Below, piece by piece: positions 10,590 to 20,964 of a stretch of 64,000 bases of DNA. The position numbers and the translations under genes were made by a program. The DNA comes from Ruminiclostridium sp. (lineage in GTDB: Bacteria > Bacillota > Clostridia > Acetivibrionales > DSM-1351): the NCBI GenBank assembly GCA_036507975.1, contig DATCID010000151.1:3120-67119 (forward strand), written 5' to 3'. Under the pieces are notes generated by a model. It was not told the DNA's origin. It saw only the letters and a list, made by a program, of their open reading frames with translations, and did not search any database. Position 1 is the stretch's first letter, and every line of letters begins with the position of its first letter.

Positions 10590-11459
10590 TTAATTGTGTA
10601 GAGTTCCTGTATTAATAATTGGCTGCGTGCTTCTTTCTCCACATAAAACAACAAGTAAATTGCTTACCATAGCAGCTTTTCTTTCTTCATCAAGCTCTAC
10701 GATTTTATTTTCACTTAACATTTTTAATGCCATTTGAACCATTCCTACTGCACCTTCAACGATCTTTTGTCTAGCTGCAATTATTGCTGATGCCTGCTGC
10801 CTTTGAAGCATAGCCGCTGCTATCTCAGGAGCATATGCCAAATGCGAAATCCTTGCTTCCTCGACAATAACACCTGCCTTGCCCAGTCTCTGCTGCAGCT
10901 CATTTTTTAGAGCCTCTGACACTTCATCTGAGCTGCCTCTTAAAGACAAAGCATCTGAATCCTCTGAAACATCGTATGGATACATACCGGCTAAATGCCT
11001 AAGAGCTGACTCGCTCTGCACATTGACATAATCAATATAATTGTCAACATCAAAAAATGCCTCAGCTGTGTTTTCAACCTTCCATACAATTACAGCAGCA
11101 ATTTCTATCGGGTTACCCATTTCATCATTAACTTTTATCTTTTCACCATTAATATTCCTGGATCTAAGTGATATTTTTTTCTTTGTGTAAAAAGGATTTG
11201 CCCAATGCCAGCCCTCTTTCTTTACTGTCCCTGAATACTTTCCAAATAAGACTAATACCATTGCCTGATTGGGTTGCATAGTAAAAAAGCCCGGTAGCAT
11301 GAAAATATATACCGTAAATAATAAGATACTTAAAATGATAAATACCCCAGTTCCATCAGCTATTGACTTTACAAATAAAGCAATACTAAGAATAAGAACT
11401 AAAAATGATAATATGAGCATTAGTCCACCTGATTTAGCTCGCCCTGAAATTTCTTTCAT
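10590..11459 (-). CDS. SPFH/Band 7 domain membrane protein
   Basis: Two N-terminal TMs; [15 protein letters not shown]; [22 protein letters not shown]. Confidence 0.9.
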   Translation of the reverse strand: MKEISGRAKSGGLMLILSFLVLILSIALFVKSIADGTGVFIILSILLFTVYIFMLPGFFTMQPNQAMVLVLFGKYSGTVKKEGWHWANPFYTKKKISLRSRNINGEKIKVNDEMGNPIEIAAVIVWKVENTAEAFFDVDNYIDYVNVQSESALRHLAGMYPYDVSEDSDALSLRGSSDEVSEALKNELQQRLGKAGVIVEEARISHLAYAPEIAAAMLQRQQASAIIAARQKIVEGAVGMVQMALKMLSENKIVELDEERKAAMVSNLLVVLCGERSTQPIINTGTLHN

Positions 11460-11485
11460 AATGACCCCTCCATTTTTCGGAAAAT

Positions 11486-11532
11486 TATTAATATGATATC
11501 ATAATGATATCATATTAATAATAATTAGTCAA
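11486..11532 (-). promoter_or_regulatory. SigA promoter with a 35-bp palindromic operator (two ATGATATCAT half-sites)
   Basis: TATTAATATGATATCAT-A-ATGATATCATATTAATA overlaps the -10 of TTGACT-N17-TATCAT; probable target of the Arc protein. Confidence 0.6.
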
Positions 11533-11622
11533 TATCAAGCATTTATTCACTTAGGAATAACTAAATAATAACCTCCCATTTTTGAAGGAGCTATTTTCCG
11601 TTTCAAAATCGTATTTTATTAT

Positions 11623-12339
11623 CTAGTTATTCCTTAATATTTCTTTTAATATATCTACCTTGAGAATTTTTATAGTTTCTTTTTGGAACTCAATGATGCC
11701 ATTATCCCTCATAACTCCCATTTCTCTGGACATGGACGGTCTGGAAACATTTAGGAAGTCTGCCATCTCATTTCTATTCATCGGTAGTTTGAAGGTAGTG
11801 CTACCTGATTTCTCCATGTACTCAAGTAGAAGACAGGCAATTTTTGAGTTTATGCTCTTCATAGACAAATACTCCACCCTTCTATTAAGCATAATCGCCC
11901 TTGTAGATACCGTTTTAAGCAGATTTTTTATAAGTAGAGAATGAAAGCCGCATGCCTCCCTACTTTGATTTAATATCATATTGTTCTCAATAAAAATGGC
12001 TTTACATGGGGTTTGTGCTTGGACGTTTGCTGGCCACTCTTCCTTTCCAGAAAACGCTATTACTTCTCCAAATATATCACCAGGCCCGATTACAGCCATC
12101 ACTACTCTATTCCCTGCTGCATTTTCTTTACTGACAAGGGCATCCCCCTCCACAAGTATTCCTAGCCCATGATATCTGTATCCTTGCAATACAATGAAGT
12201 CGCCTTTCTCATAAGAATGCATCTTTGGATCAAAGCATTGCAGCATTGATTTTAATTGAAAAGTTTCAAATCCTTCAAACAGCTCACATTTTTCAAGTAT
12301 TTTCGAGACCACATCTATATAATTTTCTATATCTGCCAC
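11623..12339 (-). CDS. Crp/Fnr-family regulator (HcpR-like)
   Basis: cNMP-binding fold (GPGDIFGE) and C-terminal HTH (NRNEMADFLNVSRPSMSRE). Confidence 0.88.
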   Translation of the reverse strand: MADIENYIDVVSKILEKCELFEGFETFQLKSMLQCFDPKMHSYEKGDFIVLQGYRYHGLGILVEGDALVSKENAAGNRVVMAVIGPGDIFGEVIAFSGKEEWPANVQAQTPCKAIFIENNMILNQSREACGFHSLLIKNLLKTVSTRAIMLNRRVEYLSMKSINSKIACLLLEYMEKSGSTTFKLPMNRNEMADFLNVSRPSMSREMGVMRDNGIIEFQKETIKILKVDILKEILRNN

Positions 12340-12428
12340 AATTAGCCTCCTAATATATTTATCTTATAATCTAACTCTACCATTACCCCAGCTTCTATAA
12401 AAAACATCTATAAAAAACTTTTTATTTT

Positions 12429-12442
12429 GTATCCACCGATAC
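12429..12442. promoter_or_regulatory. Candidate Crp/HcpR-type operator
   Basis: GTATC-CACC-GATAC palindrome between the divergent Crp regulator and Fe-S gene. Confidence 0.45.
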
Positions 12443-12560
12443 TGAATACTATCTTATTATATATTATAATCAATACATAAGCTTACGAAACATTAGAGAA
12501 AGAAGTCAATTAACTCGCCAAAATTATATTAGTAGAGCTAAGGCTCATAAGGAGACGAAT

Positions 12561-13295
12561 ATGAAAAGAAATATTATCAAGATAGATGAAGAAAAATGCA
12601 ATGGTTGTGGTCTCTGTGTAAATGCTTGTCACGAGGGAGCCCTTGTGCTGGAGAACGGAAAGGCCAAGCTAATCTCAGACAGTTACTGTGATGGCCTTGG
12701 AAATTGCCTACCAGAATGTCCTACAAATGCAATTACAATAGAAGAGCGTGAGGCAGATGTTTATGATGAAAAATTGGTTATGGATAATATCAAAAATAAA
12801 GCTACTACACAACAGAGTATCTATACTCAGCAACCAAGCCACGCTGGTTGTCCAGGATCAAGAGCAATGGCAATAAAGAGAACTACTGATAGCGTTGCCC
12901 CAAGCCATACACAAGCTGAGCCTCTCACCTCAGAGCTAATGCAATGGCCTTGTCAAATAAAGCTAGTGCCTGTAAATGCACCTTACTTCGATAACTGTGG
13001 CCTGCTGATCGCTGCCGATTGCACAGCATTTGCTTATGCAAATATTCACAAGGACTTTATGAAGAATAGAATAACTTTGATAGGCTGTCCTAAGCTTGAT
13101 GAGGGAGACTACTCAGAAAAACTAACAGCTATACTTGCAAATAATAATATAAATAGCATTAAGGTTTTGAGAATGGAAGTGCCTTGCTGTGGCGGTATTG
13201 TAAATGCTGTTAAAACAGCCCTAATACAATCCAGTAAAATGATTCCTTGGAGTATAGTGGTTATTGGAACAAATGGTGAAGTGTTACAAAGTTAA
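12561..13295 (+). CDS. 4Fe-4S dicluster ferredoxin-domain protein
   Basis: CNGCGLCVNAC and CDGLGNCLPEC; C-terminal QWPCQIKL, ADC, GCPKLD and MEVPCC. Confidence 0.88.
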   Translation: MKRNIIKIDEEKCNGCGLCVNACHEGALVLENGKAKLISDSYCDGLGNCLPECPTNAITIEEREADVYDEKLVMDNIKNKATTQQSIYTQQPSHAGCPGSRAMAIKRTTDSVAPSHTQAEPLTSELMQWPCQIKLVPVNAPYFDNCGLLIAADCTAFAYANIHKDFMKNRITLIGCPKLDEGDYSEKLTAILANNNINSIKVLRMEVPCCGGIVNAVKTALIQSSKMIPWSIVVIGTNGEVLQS

Positions 13296-13334
13296 TTTTT
13301 GTTAAGTGTTCAAAATGTATCATATTTCTATTAT

Positions 13335-13372
13335 AATAGTTCTATAAGTTAAATTGCTTATAGAACTATTTA
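13335..13372 (+). terminator. Hairpin terminator
   Basis: AATAGTTCTATAAG...CTTATAGAACTATT followed by T-rich sequence. Confidence 0.55.
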
Positions 13373-13397
13373 TTTAAGCAGTTTTGGAGGATAACAT

Positions 13398-14159
13398 ATG
13401 ACGATTGGCATTATTGGCGCAATGCAGCAAGAAATCAAGCTATTAGCTGAAAGTATGAAAATAATAGAAACCAAAACAATTGGAATGAGAGAATACTATC
13501 TAGGAAAACTATTTGGCAAGGATGTTGTTTTAGTTTTCTCAAAATGTGGAAAGGTTGCTGCCGCCTCAACTGTTACTACTCTCATTGAGATGTTCAAAGT
13601 TAATTTAGTGCTTTTTACAGGAGTGGCTGGAGGTGCGGACAAAGCCTTGAATATTGGTGATATCGTCATAGCTGACAGATTGGTACAGCATGATATGGAT
13701 GCAAGTGCTCTCCCAGGTTTCAGAAAGTTTGAGATTCCATTATTAGGCATTGATACCTTCAAGTCTTCTGACAAAATGGTATCCCTAGCAAAGCATTCTG
13801 CTCAGCATTATATTTCTGAATATATGAGAGACGATGTTTCTCAATGTGATTTGGAAGAGTTTAACATAGTGCTTCCAAATGTAGTGGTAGGTACTGTTGC
13901 AAGTGGAGATCAGTTTGTTGCTGATAGCCAAAAGGTTAGGAGCTTAGTCAATGAAATAAGTAATTTAAAGTGTATTGAGATGGAAGGTGCTGCTGTAGCC
14001 CAAGTATGCTATGAGCACAATGTTGACTATATGGTATTTCGCGTTATTTCAGACAAAGCTGATGAACATGCAAGCATAAATTTCCCTAAGTTTATTGAAA
14101 AAACTGCAAGTCACTTTACTCGTGGCATTATTGAGCGTTTCATTACCGAAATAGATTAA
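13398..14159 (+). CDS. mtnN: 5'-methylthioadenosine/S-adenosylhomocysteine nucleosidase
   Basis: IGIIGAM, GKVAAA, TGVAGG, SGDQF, EMEGAAVAQVC and RVISD motifs. Confidence 0.93.
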   Translation: MTIGIIGAMQQEIKLLAESMKIIETKTIGMREYYLGKLFGKDVVLVFSKCGKVAAASTVTTLIEMFKVNLVLFTGVAGGADKALNIGDIVIADRLVQHDMDASALPGFRKFEIPLLGIDTFKSSDKMVSLAKHSAQHYISEYMRDDVSQCDLEEFNIVLPNVVVGTVASGDQFVADSQKVRSLVNEISNLKCIEMEGAAVAQVCYEHNVDYMVFRVISDKADEHASINFPKFIEKTASHFTRGIIERFITEID

Positions 14160-14175
14160 AATAATATATCCCATA

Positions 14176-14308
14176 TAAACAGAGTTCTTGGATTCAGGGG
14201 GAGTTTTTACTCCCTCTAAATCTTAGAAATCGTTGTCCAGGGTCATAGCGCCGCTTATCTCCCGCTTGCAGAAGCGGGAGTATTAGCGGCGGTAGACATC
14301 GGATAAAT
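14176..14308 (+). repeat. Palindromic (REP/MITE-like) intergenic element, family 2, divergent copy 1
   Basis: TAAA...GATAAAT ends; hairpins GGGAGT-TTTT-ACTCCC and CCGCT..CTCCCGCTT-GCAG-AAGCGGGAG..AGCGG. Confidence 0.6.
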
Positions 14309-14334
14309 AAGTCAGCGCAAGCTGACTTTCCTTA

Positions 14335-14440
14335 ACTCTTCACTGCCCTAATAAATTCAGGCCGACAATGAAGTCGGTCCTCCATAACTATTCACTTTTA
14401 ACCATTCACTATTCACTGCCTTTAATCCATTCACTGACTT
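14335..14440 (+). repeat. Degenerate heptamer-like (A)TTCACT repeats around a small hairpin
   Basis: TTCACT occurs 5 times; CCGAC-AATGAA-GTCGG hairpin in between. Confidence 0.45.
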
Positions 14441-14563
14441 TAAACGTCTAACTCAAATATGTAATTAACATAAATAACTAAATTATGTAACATTATTATT
14501 TCTATAATAATATAATGCTATTGAGGAAAAAACAGCATCATATTCTATTTTTTTAAAAGGTGA

Positions 14564-15013
14564 TTGAGAATGCCATATACAAATAGAGAATTATTTGCAA
14601 GATTAATACAATGTGAAGCAGAGGGAGAAGGCGATGACGGTATGAGAGCAGTGTCATCTGTCATTATGAACAGAGTCAAAGTACCTTATGGTGAATTTAT
14701 TAGATTAATCCAGGGGGATGTCAGAAAAGCTATTGCTCAAGCAGGACAATTTACATGTATGAAGGAAGTGGTTGCTGGAAGTTATAATGCTCAAAACATC
14801 TACAATATGAATCCACAGCAAATACATTACGATATAGCAGATTGGGCGTTATCTGGGAATACCCTCGGTGCAGTTGCGAACTCTCTCTGGTATTTTAACC
14901 CATTTAATCCAAAGTGCACACCTTTCTTTCCTCCTGGGGGTGCAGGCATAATTTTTACTAGAATAAACCTGCACTGTTTTTATATTCCTACTCAAAAGTA
15001 TTCAACCACATAA
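14564..15013 (+). CDS. CwlJ-like spore cortex-lytic enzyme (Hydrolase_2)
   Basis: LFARLIQCEAEGEG..GMRAV..VIMNR, QF, LWYF and HCFY motifs. Confidence 0.8.
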   Translation: MRMPYTNRELFARLIQCEAEGEGDDGMRAVSSVIMNRVKVPYGEFIRLIQGDVRKAIAQAGQFTCMKEVVAGSYNAQNIYNMNPQQIHYDIADWALSGNTLGAVANSLWYFNPFNPKCTPFFPPGGAGIIFTRINLHCFYIPTQKYSTT

Positions 15014-15087
15014 ACAGATTTCTTTGATTGAGTGAGAAAATCTTATAACTCATTATTAAATTATAAAAGAAAGGAAGTTAATATTTT

Positions 15088-15450
15088 ATGCTGAATCATT
15101 ATACTCCATACTATAATATGCCAACCTGCTACTCGCAATATCAATCTGAAGCAGATGAGGATATGCGTAGAGTAGTATTCCCAGATGCAAGCTCATTAGA
15201 GCCCATAACCCCTATTACTGAGCCACAAGCTATAACTCTTGAAAGCACAGAATATCTGAATGGCTATTTACGTACAAAGATAGGCGAAAAGGTAAAGGTA
15301 GACTTTTTAATTGGAACTGGTACCTTGGTAGACAAATTTGGAACATTGCTAAGTGTTGGTGCAAATTATATTACGATTAGACAAGCTGAAACCGATGACA
15401 TTGTAGTATGCGATTTTTACACAATTAAGTTTATTACCTTTTATTATTAA
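15088..15450 (+). CDS. Possible GerQ-like spore coat protein
   Basis: Follows the cwlJ-like gene; low-complexity N-terminus and YLRTKIG..V.V.FL...GTL..VG.NYI pattern; strong SD. Confidence 0.5.
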   Translation: MLNHYTPYYNMPTCYSQYQSEADEDMRRVVFPDASSLEPITPITEPQAITLESTEYLNGYLRTKIGEKVKVDFLIGTGTLVDKFGTLLSVGANYITIRQAETDDIVVCDFYTIKFITFYY

Positions 15451-15538
15451 TAACTTAGTTGCAAAAGTTTAAGGCCAGGAGATTAATCTCCTGACCTTAA
15501 GTTTTGTGCACTTTTTTTATCTTGTAATCCTTGCAATA

Positions 15539-15615
<77 letters not shown>

Positions 15616-15627
15616 ATATTAAAACTT

Positions 15628-15701
15628 TGGAGCGGGTAGTGGGAATCGAACCCACGCAGTCAGCTTGGAAGGCTGAAGTTCTACCATTGAACTACACCCG
15701 C
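15628..15701 (-). tRNA. tRNA-Gly(TCC)
   Basis: GCGGGTGTAGTTCAATGGTAGAAC...CT-TCC-AA...GGTTCGATTCC...CCA. Confidence 0.97.
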
Positions 15702-15755
15702 ACATAATACTTACCACATCGGCGTTTACGAGTATTTTGTTAGCCGACTTTTAAT

Positions 15756-15840
15756 ATTATACAGGGTACATACTTCTTTGTCAACACATTATAAACCTTT
15801 TTTCTGTTTTTTTCTGTTTTTTGTTTTCCCTGTTTTGTCC
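15756..15840 (-). promoter_or_regulatory. Consensus SigA promoter with A-tract UP element for the tRNA pair
   Basis: TTGACA(15784-15779)-N17-TATAAT(15761-15756); repeated A-tracts upstream. Confidence 0.8.
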
Positions 15841-15857
15841 AAAAATTGCAGAAACGA

Positions 15858-16337
15858 TTAAACATAAACTATATCACTCTTAATATTATATTTTGAAATT
15901 TCCAATATCGAATATGATTCTGGATTCCTACTTCTAGATTCGCTAATACTGCCAGGGTTCACAATTAAAATGTTATTAACATTATCAATAGCCGAAACAT
16001 GCGTATGTCCAAACAAAATAACCTCAGCATTCTCCATCTCAGCCTTTGCTAAAATTCGATTATAATCCCACTTAACTGAATATTTATGACCATGAGTCAT
16101 GAATATTCTCTTGCCCTCAATCTCAATTGTCTTTTCTGCAGAAATAGCCCCAATTCCAATATCACAATTTCCATATACATATTCAAATCTTATATTTGGA
16201 TACAACTGGCTTAATTGCGCTGCATCTCTGCAATAATCTCCAAGATGTAAAACCATTTCAATATCTGGATTTCTATCTATTGCTTCCTTTGCATTAATAA
16301 TATATCCATGAGTATCACTCATTACAAGCACTTTCAT
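15858..16337 (-). CDS. Metallophosphoesterase (YfcE/YsnB family)
   Basis: SDTHG, HLGD, GNCD, THGH, GHTH and NPGS motifs; likely start MKVLV. Confidence 0.9.
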   Translation of the reverse strand: MKVLVMSDTHGYIINAKEAIDRNPDIEMVLHLGDYCRDAAQLSQLYPNIRFEYVYGNCDIGIGAISAEKTIEIEGKRIFMTHGHKYSVKWDYNRILAKAEMENAEVILFGHTHVSAIDNVNNILIVNPGSISESRSRNPESYSILEISKYNIKSDIVYV

Positions 16338-16382
16338 TATGTCATTCCCCCATAGAGCCAAAACCCTTTGTCTCACTTCATT

Positions 16383-16976
16383 CTATAAATAGTCTACAAT
16401 TTTAACAGCCATCTTGGCTAAAGCCTTTGCGCGATGACTTATTTGGTTCTTAATATCCGTTCCTAATTCTGCCATAGTTTTTTCATATTGCTGCATATAG
16501 AAAAGTGGATCATATCCAAATCCATTATTCCCTTTACCTTCGAAATCAATAAAGCCTTCGCAAGTATCGCGAACAACAAATGATCTTCCATCAGGAAATG
16601 CAATAGCTATCGCGCATACAAATCTGGCAGTTCTCTGCTCAAAGGGCACATCCTTCAGCATATTCAAAAGCTTGTCATTTCTATCATTATCTGTTGCCTC
16701 AGGTCCACCAAATCGCGCCGAATAAATTCCTGGAGCTCCATTAAGAAAATCAACCTCTATGCCTGAGTCATCAGCCATAACAATGGTTTTAGATACCTTA
16801 CATATTTCAATTGCCTTCTTCAATGAATTTTCTTCAAAGGTTGACCCATCTTCGTCAACATCAATATTTATATTCATGTCACTCATAGCGACAACATCAA
16901 AAGTCATGTTTAATAAAACCTTTTTTATTTCTTCGAGCTTACCTTTGTTTTTTGTTGCTACAACTAGCATTTTCAT
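16383..16976 (-). CDS. rdgB: XTP/dITP diphosphatase (Ham1 family)
   Basis: ATKNKGK, ADDSG, APGIYSAR, GFGYDP and SHR motifs. Confidence 0.95.
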   Translation of the reverse strand: MKMLVVATKNKGKLEEIKKVLLNMTFDVVAMSDMNINIDVDEDGSTFEENSLKKAIEICKVSKTIVMADDSGIEVDFLNGAPGIYSARFGGPEATDNDRNDKLLNMLKDVPFEQRTARFVCAIAIAFPDGRSFVVRDTCEGFIDFEGKGNNGFGYDPLFYMQQYEKTMAELGTDIKNQISHRAKALAKMAVKIVDYL

Positions 16977-17692
16977 TATTTTAAAACATCCTTTTGAATC
17001 ATTATTAGCTTCTCTATACCTGATTCCGCGAGATTAAGTAACACATCAAGCTGCTTTTTACTAAAACTTGTCTTCTCACCTGTTGCCTGAATTTCAATGA
17101 ATTCACCCTTATCAGACATTATTACGTTCATATCAACCCCTGCAGAACTGTCCTCAACATAGCATAGGTCTAGAAGCTCTTGTCCATTTACTACACCAAC
17201 ACTTGTTGCAGCCACAAAGCCAACAACAGGCATTTTCGAAATCAAGCCGTTATCAATTAATTTCTGACATGCATCAACCAATGCGACATAACTTCCTGTA
17301 ATTGAAGCAGTTCGAGTTCCACCATCTGCCTGAATTACATCACAATCTATAGTAATAGTCCTCTCACCTAAAAGCTTAAGGTTAACTATTGTTCTGAGCG
17401 ACCTGCCTATCAAACGTTGAATTTCTTGACTTCTGCCATTAAGCTTTAGCTTAGAAATATCTCTTGTATTCCTAACACCTGTTGCTCTAGGAAGCATAGA
17501 ATATTCAGCTGTTACCCATCCCTCTCCTGATTCTTTCTTGAATGGTGGAGTCCTCTCTTCAACCGAAGCGGTACAAATCACCTTTGTATCCCCCACCTCA
17601 ATCAACACAGAACCTTCTGCATGTTTTATATAATTTCTAGTAATTTTTACTGGTCTCAATTGAGAATTGTTTCTTCCGTCCTGCCTCAACAT
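16976..17692 (-). CDS. rph: Ribonuclease PH
   Basis: [32 protein letters not shown] and LDLCYVEDS motifs. Confidence 0.97.
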   Translation of the reverse strand: MLRQDGRNNSQLRPVKITRNYIKHAEGSVLIEVGDTKVICTASVEERTPPFKKESGEGWVTAEYSMLPRATGVRNTRDISKLKLNGRSQEIQRLIGRSLRTIVNLKLLGERTITIDCDVIQADGGTRTASITGSYVALVDACQKLIDNGLISKMPVVGFVAATSVGVVNGQELLDLCYVEDSSAGVDMNVIMSDKGEFIEIQATGEKTSFSKKQLDVLLNLAESGIEKLIMIQKDVLK

Positions 17693-17817
17693 GTTGCCTC
17701 CATAATTCTAATACTACTTCCTTAAATATAACTCAAATACTTTCAAAAATCATCCGTATATTTAGATAAATAAAGAGATGTAAAGTTATTTGTTTTGTAT
17801 ATTTTACCTAAATTATC

Positions 17818-17891
17818 TTTTATCTCAGCGACGGCACTTATCTCCCACTTCTATAAGCAGGAGATAAATGCCGCCACGCTTCGAAATAAGT
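17818..17891 (-). repeat. Family-2 palindromic element, copy 2 (3' half)
   Basis: ACTTATTTCGAAGCGTGGCGGCATTTATCTCC...GGGAGATAAGTGCCGTCGCTGAGATAAA matches the copy at 26888-27005. Confidence 0.75.
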
Positions 17892-17896
17892 TTACT

Positions 17897-19099
17897 TTAT
17901 TTTTCCATAACCTTGTTAAAAGTAGTAGGAAGATTTTTTGAAACTGCCACTTCTGTACCTTCAGGCATAGTAGCTTCTTTTCCATCTATTAATATTTTAA
18001 CCTTTTGAATACCTTTTAGCTGGTTAACAGTGTAATATATTTGATTTAATAGACTATTCTCTTTTTCATTTCCACCATAATTAATAATCTGAGAAGAAAA
18101 ATCTAGTGTTACTAAGTTGCTCTTCAAGTCACATGAAAGCAATTTTGTCCCTTGTGGGAAGGAAGTGAAATACTTAGATCCACTTGGGGTTTTGCTCAGC
18201 TCATCAAACATCAATATTGGAAGTTGATTATCCTCCACTTTTTCAATCTGTGTTGATACAGGTACAAAATAATTGAAATTGTTACTCCCATATGTCGTAT
18301 AATATAAGTCACATTTTACATAACCTTCTTTGAGCTGTGTTTCCTCAGCATTAATAAACGTATTGTTTCTATTTCTCATATTAGATAACTCAGTTCCATT
18401 TTTAAGCTTATCTACAGTTTTCCCTTCAACTTTTATCGTAACATTTGAAATTGTATTAAACCCTGTTAAAGTGTATACAACCGAGGCAACAGCCATTTGT
18501 TCATCTTGCTGGGTTGCAAGGTTCACGAACTCTTTAGAAAAATCCACAACTGCACTTCCATTTTTTACAGTCATGCCCTTTATCTTTGTTCCCTGTGGCA
18601 ATACAGGATAAAGTCCATAATAATCAAGCTGTTCTCTAGTTACTGCCTCATCTACCAAACCACCTATCGCAGCTTTTGCCAAACCCTCTTGTTTTATAAC
18701 ACTCCTTGTCACAGGAACAAGTGTTCCCGCCTTATCCCTATAATACAATGTTATTAGCACGTTGTTTTTATTTGTTAAATTTGTTTCAACGCCTTTTCCT
18801 ACACCATTATCGATAACACTCCCACTGCTAAGTACATCACCAGTAATATCACTATTTACTGAGCTAGATATTGACAATGCATCACTTGTTGAATTTGATA
18901 CCGTAGTTGCTGCATTTATGCTACTTGGTGTACTTCCATTTACAGAAGCATTAGCAACTATATTTTCATCATTTCCTGTTTGTTGCGAAACAGACTTTGG
19001 AATAATTGATTCTGAATCATTTGTATCCTTCTGACCGATAAAAGAACATCCTGTAGTCAAAAGCATAACAGCTAAAACAATACTGACAACCTTCTTCAT
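17897..19099 (-). CDS. gerM: GerM-like lipoprotein (two GerMN domains)
   Basis: Lipobox LTTGC; LYY...LVPVTR, VDFS and YTLT motifs; upstream of rph as in other Firmicutes. Confidence 0.75.
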   Translation of the reverse strand: MKKVVSIVLAVMLLTTGCSFIGQKDTNDSESIIPKSVSQQTGNDENIVANASVNGSTPSSINAATTVSNSTSDALSISSSVNSDITGDVLSSGSVIDNGVGKGVETNLTNKNNVLITLYYRDKAGTLVPVTRSVIKQEGLAKAAIGGLVDEAVTREQLDYYGLYPVLPQGTKIKGMTVKNGSAVVDFSKEFVNLATQQDEQMAVASVVYTLTGFNTISNVTIKVEGKTVDKLKNGTELSNMRNRNNTFINAEETQLKEGYVKCDLYYTTYGSNNFNYFVPVSTQIEKVEDNQLPILMFDELSKTPSGSKYFTSFPQGTKLLSCDLKSNLVTLDFSSQIINYGGNEKENSLLNQIYYTVNQLKGIQKVKILIDGKEATMPEGTEVAVSKNLPTTFNKVMEK

Positions 19100-19184
19100 A
19101 TATAGTCCTCCTTATTTAGTAAAAATTCCCATAAAGATATTATAGACTATATATTTGTTATTTATTATTTCCCAAGAATTGATA

Positions 19185-20729
19185 TTAATTACTCTGTAAA
19201 TCAGTGTTAGCATTTGCATTGTTTTCTAGTTCTATAGCCGCACCACTTGAATTCTCTTGTAACTCTAAAGCAGCTTTTGCCTTCTTTTCTATCTCCAAAG
19301 CAGTTTTTGCTTTCTTCTCTAACTCTATAAGCGCCAATGACTTTACTATTCCATCACATAAAGCTTCTGCAGTCTTTAGTTGGTATTCTTGACTACTTAG
19401 ATTCTTCAACTCAGTTGGATTAGTTAAAAATCCTACCTCAGCAAGGCAAGCCGGCATTTTCGTGTACTTTAAAACAACAAGTCCTTGTCTTTCGACAGTT
19501 TTCCTATTAACTGTTTTAAGCTTACTTATTAATGAATCTTGAATAATTCTTGCAAATTCAAGTCCCGAAAAAGAAGTGTCTCCAGCCATTTCAGGATTAT
19601 ATAGAGTCTCTGTTCCCATTGTCTTGCTACTATCAATAGCATTATTATGAATACACATAAACAATGTTGCATTCAATGCATTAGCGATATATGGTCGATC
19701 ATATAAGCCTACAAAAGTGTCATCCTGCCGAAGCATAAATGTTTTAATATTCTTTGCCTTGAGCAGCACTTCCAATTTTAATGCAATAGCTAGGTTTAAA
19801 TTCTTTTCATATACAGAATTACTATTTGCGCCAGGGTCTATGCCCCCATGACCTGCGTCAATAACAACCAACCTTTCATCCTCTTTTGCAGGCGTTAATA
19901 AATTGATTTCAGTCTGCTTGCGTTTTTCATTATATGACGTATAGAACTTAAACTGTTTTTTTGTATGAAATACCATTTTAGTATCACTTGTAACTTTGTC
20001 TCTATAGATTTCTATAGTACTTACCTGCGAATTGTTAATATTAAAAGTTTTATCAGCAAGGCATATGGCCGAACCTGAAGGAATAATAATGGTATATTTG
20101 TTATTTTCGATATCATATTCCTCTGTAAAATAGTTTGTTATTTTGGAGCCAACACTGGCTAGATTAATTCCTTTCAAAGAGAAATACGTTCTGTCAAAGT
20201 TACCTGAATAAGTCAAATCAACATTTATAGGATTTTTAATAGGTTTTTCAGGGATTGGATCTTGTGGTATCGGTGTCCCGCTTGTATAAACATGGACCGT
20301 TCTAGTTGCCCCATCCCAAGTTACATTAGCGCCAAATGCTTCAGCTATGTACTTTGCAGGAACAAATGTTCTGTCACCTTTTATTATCGCAGTTGTGTCC
20401 ATCTGCTTCATTTTACCATCTATCATGTAATCTTTTTTTCCAATAAATAGTATTAATACTGTTTCGCCTAAGGTAAACACTGCTTTCTGTTCCTCACCAT
20501 TCCAGATGACAGTTGCACCCAATTTTTCACCGATAAACGCCGCTGGCGTTTGTGTTCGCCCATTTGAGTCTATAAATGGCTGTTCTTTTATAAAAATAAG
20601 TTTGCTTTCATTTACCATTACACTTATTGGTAGCTGCGTAGCAAATGTTTTAGTTGAAAAGAATGTTGTTAAGATTAAACCCATTACCAATACTAGTAAA
20701 ATTTTTTTTACACTTGCTTTTTTTATCAT
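19185..20729 (-). CDS. N-acetylmuramoyl-L-alanine amidase with copper-amine-oxidase-N (stalk) domain
   Basis: Signal peptide; GRTQTP and RTFVP stalk motifs; IDAGHGG, E, IHNNA and EVGF amidase_3 motifs. Confidence 0.9.
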   Translation of the reverse strand: MIKKASVKKILLVLVMGLILTTFFSTKTFATQLPISVMVNESKLIFIKEQPFIDSNGRTQTPAAFIGEKLGATVIWNGEEQKAVFTLGETVLILFIGKKDYMIDGKMKQMDTTAIIKGDRTFVPAKYIAEAFGANVTWDGATRTVHVYTSGTPIPQDPIPEKPIKNPINVDLTYSGNFDRTYFSLKGINLASVGSKITNYFTEEYDIENNKYTIIIPSGSAICLADKTFNINNSQVSTIEIYRDKVTSDTKMVFHTKKQFKFYTSYNEKRKQTEINLLTPAKEDERLVVIDAGHGGIDPGANSNSVYEKNLNLAIALKLEVLLKAKNIKTFMLRQDDTFVGLYDRPYIANALNATLFMCIHNNAIDSSKTMGTETLYNPEMAGDTSFSGLEFARIIQDSLISKLKTVNRKTVERQGLVVLKYTKMPACLAEVGFLTNPTELKNLSSQEYQLKTAEALCDGIVKSLALIELEKKAKTALEIEKKAKAALELQENSSGAAIELENNANANTDLQSN

Positions 20730-20964
20730 TAGTCTCCCCGTAAAGCTTCCAGTATTTTATCTGCTTTAAGTATACTATTTGTTTGAGAAATGGAAAGCTG
20801 ATTACAGTACTTTTAAAACAAATGTAACCTATTTGTAAAAATAATGACAAATAAGATAGTAATATATGTAATATTATACAAAAAGCCGTATATTATAGAT
20901 AAATCTATCCTATACGGCTTCTATAATTTTATTTTGTTTAACGTGATAAGACAACAATTTATAC

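Noticed and set aside
10557-10601. Outward-facing SD of copy A followed by an 8-codon antisense ORF
   Set aside because: Not reproduced at other copies; probably chance.
12510-12556. Possible seventh copy of the SD element (CTCGCC...GGCTCATAAGGAG)
   Set aside because: Similarity is too short and there is no anti-SD arm.
19260-19335. 10-aa tandem repeat (ALE.EKKAK) in the amidase tail
   Set aside because: Ordinary low-complexity C-terminal expansion.
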